The notes under the pieces: model-generated | Seen by the model: only the letters and a program-made list of their open reading frames with translations | Databases searched by the model: none | What the model was told of the DNA's origin: nothing | Source of the DNA: Perkinsela sp. CCAP 1560/9 | Taxonomy: Eukaryota; Protista; Euglenozoa: Kinetoplastea | Reading direction: 5' to 3' | Length of the DNA: 64,000 bases | Assembly: GCA_965644495.1 (NCBI GenBank) | Contig: CBFFSA010000007.1 | Location: 744,001-808,000, forward strand | Made by a program: the position numbers and the translations under genes | Part shown: positions 32,954 to 43,921 of the stretch, one piece after another | Layout: each line of letters begins with the position of its first letter | Numbering within the stretch: position 1 is the stretch's first letter

Positions 32954-33694
32954 ATGGGGGCGGTGTTGCTCATGCACCGCCTACGGCATAAGGGTGCTGC
33001 GGTGTCTGTAGAGACACTCGAGCACCTCATGCTCGACAACCATACTTTACAGGAAGGCAGATTACTCGACCCGAATGCATTGAACGCCTACGAACCTTTG
33101 ACTTACGAGCCTTGGATTAATGCGGCGGATGACGATGGTTTTCGCACTAGGGACCTGATTCGCGAGCTTCCGGATTCGCCTGAGTTTGGTTTACGCGTTA
33201 ATCAGTTCTATCATGATCGCACGTTTATTAAGCAGCAAGAGCGTTTGTTTAATTCTGTATTTTGCAAGTGGATTATTTTTGCGCGTTTGATACCCAACTG
33301 GAATGAAGGTGTGCACCTCGAAATGGGACGTGGTATTGTGCAGACACTTCGTGACGCGTACTGGCGAGCACGCCGCGTAGATGTGGACTTGGTCCATCAA
33401 AAAATGGAGAAGGATATCCGTCCGGACGACAAGTTTTATCATCACGTGAATGATCAATTGGTTGAGCGACAGAAGCAATATGCACGTGTTCAGTCTTTCT
33501 CTGCTCCACCATCTATGCAAGTTTCGCGTCCCAATCAGTTCCCACCGCGACATAATGCATATCCTCCACGACGAAATTTATTATCCTTTGGATGTCGGTC
33601 GCCTGATCACATTTGGCGCAACTGCACGAAGCGATTCCAGCAGGATTTTCGAGGACGGGTGGCTGGCCCTGCCCACAGCAGCAAGAGTTTCTGA
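32954..33694 (+). CDS. Gag-like protein with degenerate zinc knuckle
   Basis: C-terminal (S)FGCRSPDHIWRNC knuckle followed by QDFRG; positioned upstream of YR and RT. Confidence 0.6.
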   Translation: MGAVLLMHRLRHKGAAVSVETLEHLMLDNHTLQEGRLLDPNALNAYEPLTYEPWINAADDDGFRTRDLIRELPDSPEFGLRVNQFYHDRTFIKQQERLFNSVFCKWIIFARLIPNWNEGVHLEMGRGIVQTLRDAYWRARRVDVDLVHQKMEKDIRPDDKFYHHVNDQLVERQKQYARVQSFSAPPSMQVSRPNQFPPRHNAYPPRRNLLSFGCRSPDHIWRNCTKRFQQDFRGRVAGPAHSSKSF

Positions 33695-33781
33695 CAAAAC
33701 CACACCCTAACGGCCAGTTCTATAGTAACATTCAAACGAAACAGAGCGACACTTTTAACGCAACTTCCCAAGAGGAGAAGA

Positions 33782-34600
33782 GTGGAAGAGAACATTGTAC
33801 CAGTGGATGTTCGCAATGTGCAGAATTTATCAGGGAGATACGTGAGATTCGAGAGTTTTTACGGCGGAACTTTGAGTTTGCAAGTAGCGGATACGGCGCG
33901 GAACTGTCTCAGATCGCAAAAGGTGGCTGTTTTTATGAAGAGCTGTAAGACTCCTATCTTTGGATTGCAAGAAACTAGGCTCACTTTTGAAAGCAGCGAA
34001 CCGATAGTTCATCGTAAACTCTATATTGAAGGCATTTGGCTACATGTATATCTTATGAGCGCAATAAATGGATATAATGGTATGGCATTTATTAGCCGCA
34101 TGCAATTATTTGTTGAAAAGGTCTCTGACAGAGTTATGAAAGGGACGATTCGTTTTGGAAGCACAAAAGCAACGCTGTTCAATGTTTATTCCCCCATTGC
34201 TTCTTCAAAACAAGATATTCAGGAGGATTTTAATAATTCACTGTTTGACGCTTGGCACGAGTCTAATGCAGCACTAAAAATTATCTGTGGTGACTTTAAC
34301 GCTCCTCTGCAGAATCCGTCGGGCCGAAAATGCTCGTCAAAGAGAGCTAAGGCTTTAAAAGAGTTTCTTGAGAGTTTGGGTGCGAAATCAGCCCACGGGA
34401 CCACCAATAAATCCATTGGACCACCAATAAATCCACGCGCTCCACGCGGTACGTGCCGTCACTGCGGAAAAAGAGGCCATGAAATCCGCGATTGCACGGT
34501 AAAGATCGTACCAAGCGACTTCTTGCACGGGCAAGACAGCGCCTACAAGCGTAGTCGTTCTGGCCCAGTGGTTCAGAACAACAAGTTTCGGAAGCAGTAG
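33782..34600 (+). pseudogene. Truncated AP-endonuclease (EEP) domain fused to a CCHC zinc knuckle
   Basis: IFGLQETR, NGMAFIS, LFNVYSP and IICGDFNA motifs; lacks the C-terminal ID/SDH motifs; followed by CRHCGKRGHEIRDC. Confidence 0.75.
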
Positions 34601-35198
34601 CTCAGAGTTGCAAAAAGTTAATATAATCATTTCAACTGATTGATACAGACACGTAGGGGCCATTGTTTACAGGCACGTATAGTTATGTTGCTTATCTCTT
34701 CAAAATGTGCTTTCGAAAATTTTGCGAAACGGTAAAAATCCAGATCAGAATAATTGGGCTTGAGAAAAAACAAGTCTGTTCTTAAAAAGAATTATTTAAT
34801 GCGTAGTATCCTGCCTTAAATTGTTTTTAACAATACAGAAAACGCACGTAGTACGTGGGCTCACCATCCGTTTTTTACAATATCGGCGTTTTTAACGATT
34901 TAAAACGAATACCTTTTACCGAAATTGTTGATTAGAATTCCTTTGACTCAAATATAACGCGAGAAGTTCTCAATATAGGTTCTCATTCATATACAGTAGA
35001 TATGATATTTTCGTTCACATACAGCTTTGCAAAGCTGCAAAGTCTCTTACATAAAATAGCCAATCATCACCACTTGGATAGGTAAAACGCGAAGGCGCGA
35101 AAGTAATATCGACCTAGTGTGGCTCCAAAATTAGTTCAAAATAAAAGAACAGTTGCAGAAACTTTAATGCATTCTCTTGAATATACAATATAATTACT

Positions 35199-36065
35199 AT
35201 GGCCTGGTCCAGACGACGCCGTATAAGTGATGAAGCTATACAGGCTGATACACAAAGACTGATTCAAGCTAATGTGCATTCACGGCTCTCTCAATTTGCT
35301 GTCGCCCCATAAGCTGCTCGAAGACGTTCTCTTGACTTCTCAAGAATTGAGCATCTCTTGGGGGTGCACGGTGTGTGTAACACAACCGAAGAAGCGTTCT
35401 TGACTCTTTGCGCATGCCTCTCAAGGTTTTATCGGGCCTCAAAGCTCGAGGCTCTACGCTCCGCCCTAGTGTGGCGGCAGCTTGAAGATGAACCCATAGA
35501 GCGATGCTGGTCTCAAACGATCCGTTTTCGCCGGCGGTTCAAAGGAGCCACCCGTTTGTGCCTGGATCCACAATCCAGGGGTTCAGTCACCTTTAATCAA
35601 TTAAAGCAGCTGACCGAATACTGCCAGGAAGCCGGGGAAACAGAATATGCTCGAGGCTTTGCCATAGCTTATTATGGCCTCCTACGGCATAGTGAACTGG
35701 AGTTGCTCCGCAGAAACGACGTTGAAGGAGAAACTGCGACACTTCGCATTCGCGGTGGGAAAGGTCGTCTCCACTATGAGGTGGACATCGTCCAGGTACC
35801 GGAAGTTCAGGAACTAGTGACCTGCCTCAAAAAAGACGGGAACACCGTTCTTCTGCTACACTTCTGGAACAAAGTAAAGGCCAACGCGTTGATTCGTGCA
35901 TCAGCCGTGCACTTTGAGTGGAATAGGCAATAGAACTGGTCATTCCACTGTCTTCGTCATGGCGGTGCCGGCCATCTGACTCGCCAAGGTGTTGATCTCT
36001 CCACGCGACTTTTACGTGGCCGATGGATGTCATCCTTCAGTGCAGAAGCTTATTCTATGATATAG
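35199..36065 (+). pseudogene. Tyrosine recombinase with two in-frame stops
   Basis: One frame from ATG 35199 with stops at 35310 and 35931; motifs YYGLLRHSEL, GGKG, FHCLRHGGA, GRW and AEAY give the R-K-HxxR-W-Y set. Confidence 0.85.
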
Positions 36066-36339
36066 CCTTATCCATCTGTTCTGTACGAGAAACAATGGCT
36101 ATCCGTAGTGTATAGGTGAGTCAGGTCGTTGTGCCTAATATATAACCTTGTGTCATTTCACATACACACTATTCATCCAATGTCAATTTCCTTGCACACT
36201 ATATACAGGCGTGTACTATCATACTATTGCGATATATGTACAGTGTACCGTTTCGTCATTCAGTAATGTCAGGAACATAATAATATGCCACATTTGTTCC
36301 TCGCAAAGCGGTTTCTTATATTCTTCTGTTTTGTATATT

Positions 36340-38063
36340 ATGATGAGTTTCAAAAACCTTGAGCATGAATCGGACAACGGATATTTCAGCCTACAGCAAA
36401 ACTACGCTCCCACACGTGGAGCGTACGCTAAGGACAGCGACCCCCTCTGCCCCCTGAAAAATATTGGTGGCATGATTATGACAGACGACATGTTCCAAAC
36501 AAAATTTGGACATAATGCCAAAACGCTCTTGGGAATGTCCCCCTTCCCATCCCAAGAAATGATCATAGAAAATGATGATCCGGACTTCCAACACTACAGG
36601 TCTCATCTGCAGGCGCTCAAGGACTGCAACGTATTGGTCCCCGTGACTCGGGAGCAAGTTACGGGAGTTGGAAAGTACATGGCGGTTCTGAAAGATGATG
36701 TGCATGCACGGGCTATATTTGATTTGCGTTACACTAACTTCATACATGTATTGAAGGAATCCCCTTTACTATTCCTAGTACGGAACAGCTCATTCAATTC
36801 TTATTGCATCTTGGGGATTGCGCTGAAAGGGGGTTCCGTTTCCTTCACGGGGATATTAAGAACTGGTACTACCAGATCCCTATTTCAACGGAACTAGGGA
36901 ACGCCTGCTGCATTCGACAGGGATCGACATACCTTCGTCCCACTGTTCTCCCAATGGGATATAAGTTAGCTTGTGGGATAGCGCAAAGCATCATGTGGAA
37001 TGTTTTGATTTACCGAGATCATGCTAGCACGGACCTAAATGGCGCTGAATCTATGCTTGATATGACTGAAGCTCCGGGGATCGTACCTCTTCGTGAGGGA
37101 GGATTTATCGCGCTGATGTACGACTCATTTATGATTGTTGCTTCGGAGACGACGGTAAAACGGTGGGGAGAACACCTGGTGCACAATTTCCGGAAGTTCA
37201 ATATCTTAGAAAAATATCTGACGATAGAAAAAAGGTCATGCAAATTCTCTTATTGTGGTATTCAAATTATTCAAAATGGTGGCCGTGTTTCCTGGGCAGC
37301 AAACGAGACCACAGCTCAAAAGTGGTTGAAGGCAGCGAGAAACCTGTCAAGCATCACACCCCGTATATTATTCCAATTTTGTGGCTACTTGCGCCATTTA
37401 GCTACTATACTAGGAATACCACCACGAGGACTAGGAAGATTGATCAAATGTCAAAGTGTTTTAGGCGAAGTGGAAAATTGGGATGGGATAATCTTCGAAC
37501 AGGGCGAACGAGAGGACCTATTAAAAACTGCCCTACGTATCATCCGCGCAAACTCGACTCCCCGAGACTGCACCATGTATCGCAGGTGTGAACATAAGCG
37601 AACCTTCTTCGCCGTTGTAGACGCGACCACAACGCGCTGGGCCGTTTGGCCTATGAAGGACGGATTCCCTATAAAAGAAAACGTCTTAGAGCAAGAGTGT
37701 CAGTTAGCTATTGTATTGGCCGAGGCGACAGCAATATCCAAAGCGATAAGCATCGCAGTGCGCAGCGGATTCGCGAACATAATAATTGCGAGCGATAACA
37801 CGGCCGCGTCTCGTGCGTTCGCCAAAGGATTTTCAAAAATTGAAGCATTGGATTCCATAATACGAGTTCATCAATATTTTCACGGGCGAATTGTCTTAGC
37901 TGACATCGCAAGCGAAATGAATCTCGCAGATATTGGGACCCGCACAAAAAAAGAGTACAGCCGCACCGAGTATGATTTTCGTCGTACAAGAACATGGGAA
38001 CAGCTTCAAACGGCGTGGCAAATTTACAAATCGTATGGAACATTTCTAAGCAGAAACAAGTAG
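36340..38063 (+). pseudogene. DIRS/VIPER-type reverse transcriptase - RNase H, one frameshift near 36770
   Basis: AVLK..ARAIFDLR, GDIKNWYYQIP, LPMGY, YDSF and YCGI (RT); VVDAT, LAEATA, ASDNTAA and SEMNLADIGTR (RNase H). Confidence 0.85.
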
Positions 38064-38620
38064 AGATTATCCATACCTCCTCATTATAAGCATAAGTGGA
38101 AGCTTTATCTCATATCCGCATGTATTATTATATGAAGCTTTATCTCATATCCACATGTATTATTATTACATTAGTGATAAACAGTTCATAAACACTTATG
38201 ACATACACTCTAATGCGTGTATACACATCACCTCAAGATGTATACATTTCTTACGTCCACCTTCTTCCTAAGTGTGCTATACTTACGATCGATATCACGA
38301 TGCTGCGTAATAGTAATCTATTATACAATATACATAGAATTATAAAAGTATACATTTTAGGCTTATAAAGTACGGGAAGCAGTACGTCATCAATGTCCAT
38401 TTAAGCTCTGACACAGTGATTGATAAATGCGGTGCACGTGCTTGAATGGGAACCCTCCTAGTGGGACTGGCACATAGTAGGTTTAATAGGATTCCGATTT
38501 TGGGCAAAATTCCCTTTTAAAGGGGGGGTGCATGGAAAATAATGTGAAAGAAAAAAATCGGCGCCGCTTTGCGGCGCCTTTTTTTTATCGTTGTTAAACA
38601 AGGGAGACTGTGCAAGTCTT

Positions 38621-38700
38621 GGTTGGCATGAGTTGGCATGAATTGGCACAAGTTGGCATGAGTTGGCATGAATTGGCACAAGTTGGCATGAGTTGGCATG
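38621..38700. repeat. 10-bp tandem array RRTTGGCAYR x8
   Basis: Read directly; a matching array lies at 41041-41120. Confidence 0.92.
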
Positions 38701-38842
38701 AGTAGCCATATTTTTGTTTTATCAGCCAATTTAAATCTTTTTTCGGTGCGTTCTGCAAAGTTTAGTTACAAATGTATATTCGTTAAAATTCATCTAAAGA
38801 GTTCGGTATTCAAGTTTTTTTTTTCTTTGCACCACATCACTT

Positions 38843-39633
38843 ATGTCATTCCAAGCATCAATCTATCGCCAGATGTGCGAAGGAAAATGTCAGAAAATGA
38901 CACCGTTCACTCTTCCCACCGAAGGTCGATCATCTTTTTGTGTTTATTGCAAATGGTGTGTCGATTCCGAGCAGCACAGAGATGTATGTGTGCAATGCTT
39001 GCAGTATGGGGCATTCAACGGTTCTGATGTTTGTGCGACTTGTGGGCAATCACAAGTCGTTGAATCTTTTTCTCCTCCCCTCCTTCAGGAATTATTGTCA
39101 TCCGATCTGGACCTTGAATCAGTAAAGCGCACAGCCAGCCAATTCTTTCGGAAGACTGTTTTGGGGTTGTGATTTACTTTTTCGCATGTGGCGTATGCCC
39201 TTATTGCGTGCAAAGCCAGCATTGACTGGGCTGATGACGGAACTAAGTTTTTGCGGGCAGGCATTAACTACGCCAAAAAGTTCCGATTGTCTGTGAGTTC
39301 TAAAGACGAACGTGGCATGGCAACAGTATTAAAAAACATTTGGAATAGCTTTGTCGGAGATTTGAATCGAAGGCGTGTGACGATTTGGTCCGATCTAAAC
39401 GCTTGACCTATGTGGAAAAGGCCAAGGAGTACGTCGAATCAAGCTGTTGGGAAGAAGATGTTCCAGAAGTTGCGGCGACAAAGCTTCTTCAGCTCGGAGC
39501 CGTCATTCTTCATGATAAACGGAAGAGAGGCCCACTGGTTCTTCACGTCACTGTGGAGAATAGTGCGAAGGCTAAGAGGAAGGAAGAAGATAAAAAGGCG
39601 AAAGTTCATGTGGAAAGTATTAATTCAGTTTAA
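38843..39633 (+). pseudogene. Transposon accessory protein with Cys-rich putative zinc finger (one stop, one frameshift)
   Basis: CVYCKWC, CVQC and CATC motifs; the frame continues past the TGA at 39170 into the 39188 ORF. Confidence 0.55.
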
Positions 39634-39809
39634 TTTCCGTAGGTGATGTTAAGTTCGAAGTTGTGAAGCTAGTTGTGAAGTCTTTAACCAAAAAACTGAC
39701 GTTATTTATAATACGCTATTACAATAATATGTGTAAATTCATAAATAATACAATCAAAAAGTACTTAAAAATAATGGAGAGCTTAAAAACTAACTAACAT
39801 TCTCGAACT

Positions 39810-40880
39810 ATGTCAAAAGCCGTTTCTGAACTTGACGTTTGTGGTGTTCGACTTGATGCCCTACATTATCTTACGGAAATCATGCCCCTTAACTATGGAG
39901 ATGGGACATTTGTCACACCTGATGAAATTTTTGCTAGCTTTCTTTTCTTATACACCGGCGGGCGATACAATACGATAGCTTCCCACATGTCGAAGCGTGG
40001 GTGGTCCTATCGTAGTTGCGTTGAAAAAATACCTCGATTCTTTAAGACATTTGTTGAGGTAATGGCACCCCTGTGGGTATAAGACGATTTTGTTGAAAAA
40101 GTAATTGATCATGACTGCAATTCTTCGCATGGATTCTGGGATTCGGACATCAGTGGGGCTGCAGATACCGTTCCCATATTTATTGACCAAACGCCACACT
40201 GCTTCCAACCGAAATATTCCGAGTATGTGTTGAAGGCCTTTGTTGCATGCACATTGTCGGGATTTGTCTGCTTCGTATCGAGTAATCTTTACACGGGGGC
40301 GACTAACGATAGCGTAATTTTGGAACATTCTAAATTCTTACCATTCTTACAACAATATCGAAAGCGTGCGTTTGTTGATGGGGGATTCAAAAAGTCAGAT
40401 CTCCTTATCATTCCTCATAGAGCGACTGCAATTTGGCCGAAGAAACCTCTTGGAAAATCACGAAGTGCTTATGAGCAAGAAGCTTTGACTAAGCTCCAAT
40501 ACAACGAAAACATTGCCCATTTTCGTTCACGCATTGAGCATGTTTTTGGCCGAACATTCATTGGCCGATGGCTGGCACTAAAAAATTGGACACATTCTTT
40601 TGATTTGGCCTTTGGAGACTGCTTCAAAGCAGCCCTCATTATACATAACCTAGAAGCTTACCTGCGCTACGAATGGGGTGGGAAGTTTCCCCGATTTTTG
40701 ACAACTGAGGAGAAACGCGTCATTCAATCCAAAATCTCTGCTTGTGAAACACAGCGCAAGCGTTACCCCCAGCCCGACGCCCCAGCACCGCAACAGACTT
40801 TACATTCATTCTTTAAGGGACAGTGGACCCCCATAGTTATAGACGATGATGATAGCACCGACGAGGGGGCGCTCGAGTAA
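39810..40880 (+). pseudogene. DDE_Tnp_4-like (Harbinger/ISL2EU) transposase with a single premature TAA at 40080
   Basis: Reading through the stop gives an HTH-like N-terminus, then GAADTVPI, YTGATNDS, FVDGGF, LIIPH and YN..IAHFRSRIEHVFGR. Confidence 0.85.
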
Positions 40881-41040
40881 TACTGCATGAACGAAAAATC
40901 TCTAGTTTCATCCCTCATATTATTAAGTTATTATTATATTGTTATGGATATTCCGTGGAGGGGGCATTGAGGTCCAGGGTATGAAAAAATGCATGTGATT
41001 TCTGTATCCCTCATTATTCCCTCTCATTATTCCCAGTTCT

Positions 41041-41120
41041 GGTTGGCATGAATTGGCATGAGTTGGCACGAATTGGCATGAGTTGGCATGAACTGGCACA
41101 AGACGGCACGAGATGGCACC
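41041..41120. repeat. 10-bp tandem array RRTTGGCAYR x8 (degenerating)
   Basis: Read directly. Confidence 0.9.
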
Positions 41121-41464
41121 GGTTAGCTGCACAGTCTCCAAGGTCCTGCTCCCTTTTGATAAACTTTTGGTTGTTGGGGTAGACACGGAAAAAAAAATCC
41201 GCCGCTTCGCGGCGGATTCGAATTTTTTTTTGATATTCCCTGAAATCTATTTTGGCCTTCCAGACAAAATGGCCCTATTAAAGGGGGGGTCGCACGTAGC
41301 TCTATTAAATAGGGGGGGGGGGGATAGTATATTATACTACAGAGTGTTCTTTGCCACCAGTGAAGCGCCCCAGGAGAGCCTTGCGTCCCCGTACCCGGAT
41401 TGAGCCGGGAGCCGGAGTTGGTACTTGCGGCGCTTGCTTGTGGGGATGGCAGACGCTCTTGTAC

Positions 41465-41518
41465 CAAACAAACAAACAAACATTCAAACAAACAAACAAA
41501 CAAACAAACAAACAAACA
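41465..41518. repeat. (CAAA)n microsatellite with one CATT interruption
   Basis: Read directly. Confidence 0.92.
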
Positions 41519-43921
41519 TTCGTCCGTGCGCTGCAGTTCTGGGGTAGGCGTCCGACCTCCGCCCGTTGCAGGAAGTGCGCTTCACTTCCCTGAGCAGGTG
41601 CTAGTGAAGCATAAATTTTGGGTGGGGGTGTAAAAAAAATAATTGTGAGAAATAAATAATTTGCGACCGCGATTGATGCGTGATCGATAAGTCGACTCCT
41701 AAAACGTATTTTAGTGGCGGAGGTAGTTTTCAACGCTAAGCGCGCAGCATGAGTTGAAAACAACCACCATGTTTAACGAAGCCACTCAATATTAGAAATT
41801 TCCACCATGTTTACTGTACTTTTTGGTCAAAAAAAATTAGTCATTTTTTTCGGACATTTTTCCCCAAACGGCACTATAAGTGGGGGGGTACCCCGCGGCA
41901 CTATAAGTGGGGGGGGGCACAGTAATTGTCCTTTTTGACGGAGTCTTGGGCACGAGGCGCTGCAAAGCAGCGCCGGTTTTTTTTGTATGTAAGACCATTA
42001 TTGTACTACCCACCTTACGAACACCTTATTACATCTTATGATATTTAGCTCATTTGTTACTCCTTTGCATTTATGGTTTTCGGAGATAGGGGCCAATTGC
42101 GGGCAGGTATGATGACTAGCCCTACCACCCAACCCCTTTCATCTCGCCGAAAAATGGCGCCTTCATCTGAGGGGCTGCGAGTATGATCTCGCGTGATCTC
42201 ACGTGATCTCGTTTTGGACCTCATGCGCAGCCTCTCAACTCTCCCCCTTCCGGAAAATGGCAACACCCCCGATGATTTTACTTCATCGCTCTCCCTTCCT
42301 GGAAATGGCAACCTTCACCCTGAGCTCCATTTATCGGACACGGGAACGCCCTCGGACAAACAACGTGTTTCTGATCCTCTGGAGCGTTGAGTGACGATAC
42401 CGCCTTCTGCCCTTCGGGTAGGGCCTCTACCCGAGGCCTAAAATCCTCTAGTGAGTTCCATCGTGAACACTGTTTTCTCCATTGCCCCCCACCAATAAGA
42501 GATATCATACGCAAATAAGGGTTCAACAAAAGTTGAACATACAGTTGTATATGTATGTCATTCTACAGCATCGTTAATCAATGGTTGTGTGAGAAATATT
42601 ATATCAACGTTCGTACAATATCGCAAAATAAAATAAATGGGGTCCCTTTCTATCAAAGTAGCTACAATAACGGTGGCCAAGACATAAAGCTAGAGGGAGG
42701 TTTTAACAGTAAGAGGTAACTCTGCATGAAAAAAGTTGAAGAGAACTTTTTTGAGCACGCAGAAAATCACAAGGAAATGGTCTGGAGATCACTGCAGACC
42801 AGTGGAGATCTCTGGATTTTCACCTCTACGCACCTTCGCTTTCCCCATTACCCACTCATGAAGGACAAAGAAATATCATAGTGAGAATGAAAAAAGAAAG
42901 AAAGCAATGATTCAACTGACTACAAGTAACTAAGACAAAGGGCTGTTACACAAAAAAAGTAAAACGATAAACTGGCACCGTTTCGCTGCGCGGTGTTTTT
43001 CTGATCGAGCGGCTTCTCTGCGAACCACTAGAGATAGCTGGAGATCACTGAAGAGCACTTTTGTGCTCCCAAAGCGGCTACTTGCAGACTCTCCAATACC
43101 ACACGGGCTATATTATCGCACACCTATGGGAGAACAAGAAAATCAGGAAAGAAAATTGTTGCAACTCAGCCTGTGGGCAAGAGCAGACAACAACGAAAAA
43201 AAAGATTACAGCAAGAATCACGCTAGAACCCTCCTCAGAGTAGCTTAGAAAAGAAAAGAAAAGAAAGAAATACAGATGAGCACATCGCTAATCCTAAAAA
43301 TAGAATTACGAGCGATCTTCTAAATATTAAACACAATGAAAAGGGCGAACGAACCAAGGTACGTAGAAAAAGAATGAGCAGTATGAAAAAATTGATGAAG
43401 GAGCAACTTTCAACTACTCTTCTACAATTCATAGAATTTGTCCATCCAAATAGAGTAGTTCTGTTTATTCATAAGGCGAGTCAATAATTAAGTTCATACA
43501 CTTGCAAATTTTTGCTTTCTTGCATGTCCGGTGAGAAAAAGAGAGAGTTGATTCTACAATCAGTTTTCAGTTCAGACGTTTCGCGTCTAGTATTAAAAGC
43601 ATGCTCACTGGAAGGCAGCTCTCCAATATTATTTTTCGCATACCACTCTATTTGTGGTTTAATCTCATTCGAATGAAACGCCATGTAATTTTCAATTTCT
43701 GTACCAACATACTCGGTAAATGATGTTTCCAAGGACCACGCACACGAAAAAAGCGGATAGAAACCAGCATGATTAGACCAAGCTGAGTCGGAAGGATATG
43801 CCGATTGGTCATGTACTGGTGCCTTCTCGACACAAGGTGCCAAAATTATCCTTTCACAGGGCCAAACTGTGCTTTCGTCTCCATTTTTAGCCGTTGCACG
43901 AAAATACTTGTCGGCAAATCC

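Larger units (their letters stand above)
32954..38063 (+). mobile_element. Tyrosine-recombinase (DIRS-order; VIPER/TATE-like) retroelement region, degenerate and possibly chimeric
   Basis: Order gag-like - (APE/CCHC) - YR - RT/RNase H, all on the plus strand. Termini not identified. Confidence 0.8.
38480..41327 (+). mobile_element. Two-gene PHIS-type (Harbinger/ISL2EU-related) DNA transposon; left end truncated
   Basis: Cys-rich ORF plus DDE transposase between matching subterminal modules (TTAAAGGGGGGG, GC hairpin, 10-bp array); right end GGGGGATAG|TA. Confidence 0.65.
25527..41922. mobile_element. 16.4-kb TA-flanked TIR element enclosing multiple nested transposons
   Basis: Perfect 30-bp TIR CTGTGCCCCCCCCCACTTATAGTGCCGCGG (25527-25556 / 41893-41922) with TA on both sides, plus a second perfect 22-bp inverted repeat (25671-25692 / 41692-41713). 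Confidence 0.85.

Noticed and set aside
35199-36065. Phage integrase or bacterial contamination
   Set aside because: Adjacent to gag-like and DIRS-type RT/RNase H sequences; no phage or bacterial genes in the window.
35199-40880. In-frame stops in YR and DDE genes as evidence of a reassigned genetic code
   Set aside because: Host genes have long uninterrupted ORFs ending in TAA, TAG and TGA, and the same elements also carry frameshifts, so this is decay.
38621-41120. 10-bp arrays as CRISPR repeats
   Set aside because: Contiguous short units with no unique spacers, no cas genes and a eukaryotic context.
25527-41922. Polinton/Maverick or virophage, given the size and TIRs
   Set aside because: No protein-primed polymerase, packaging ATPase, capsid or rve integrase recognised; the size is explained by nested insertions.
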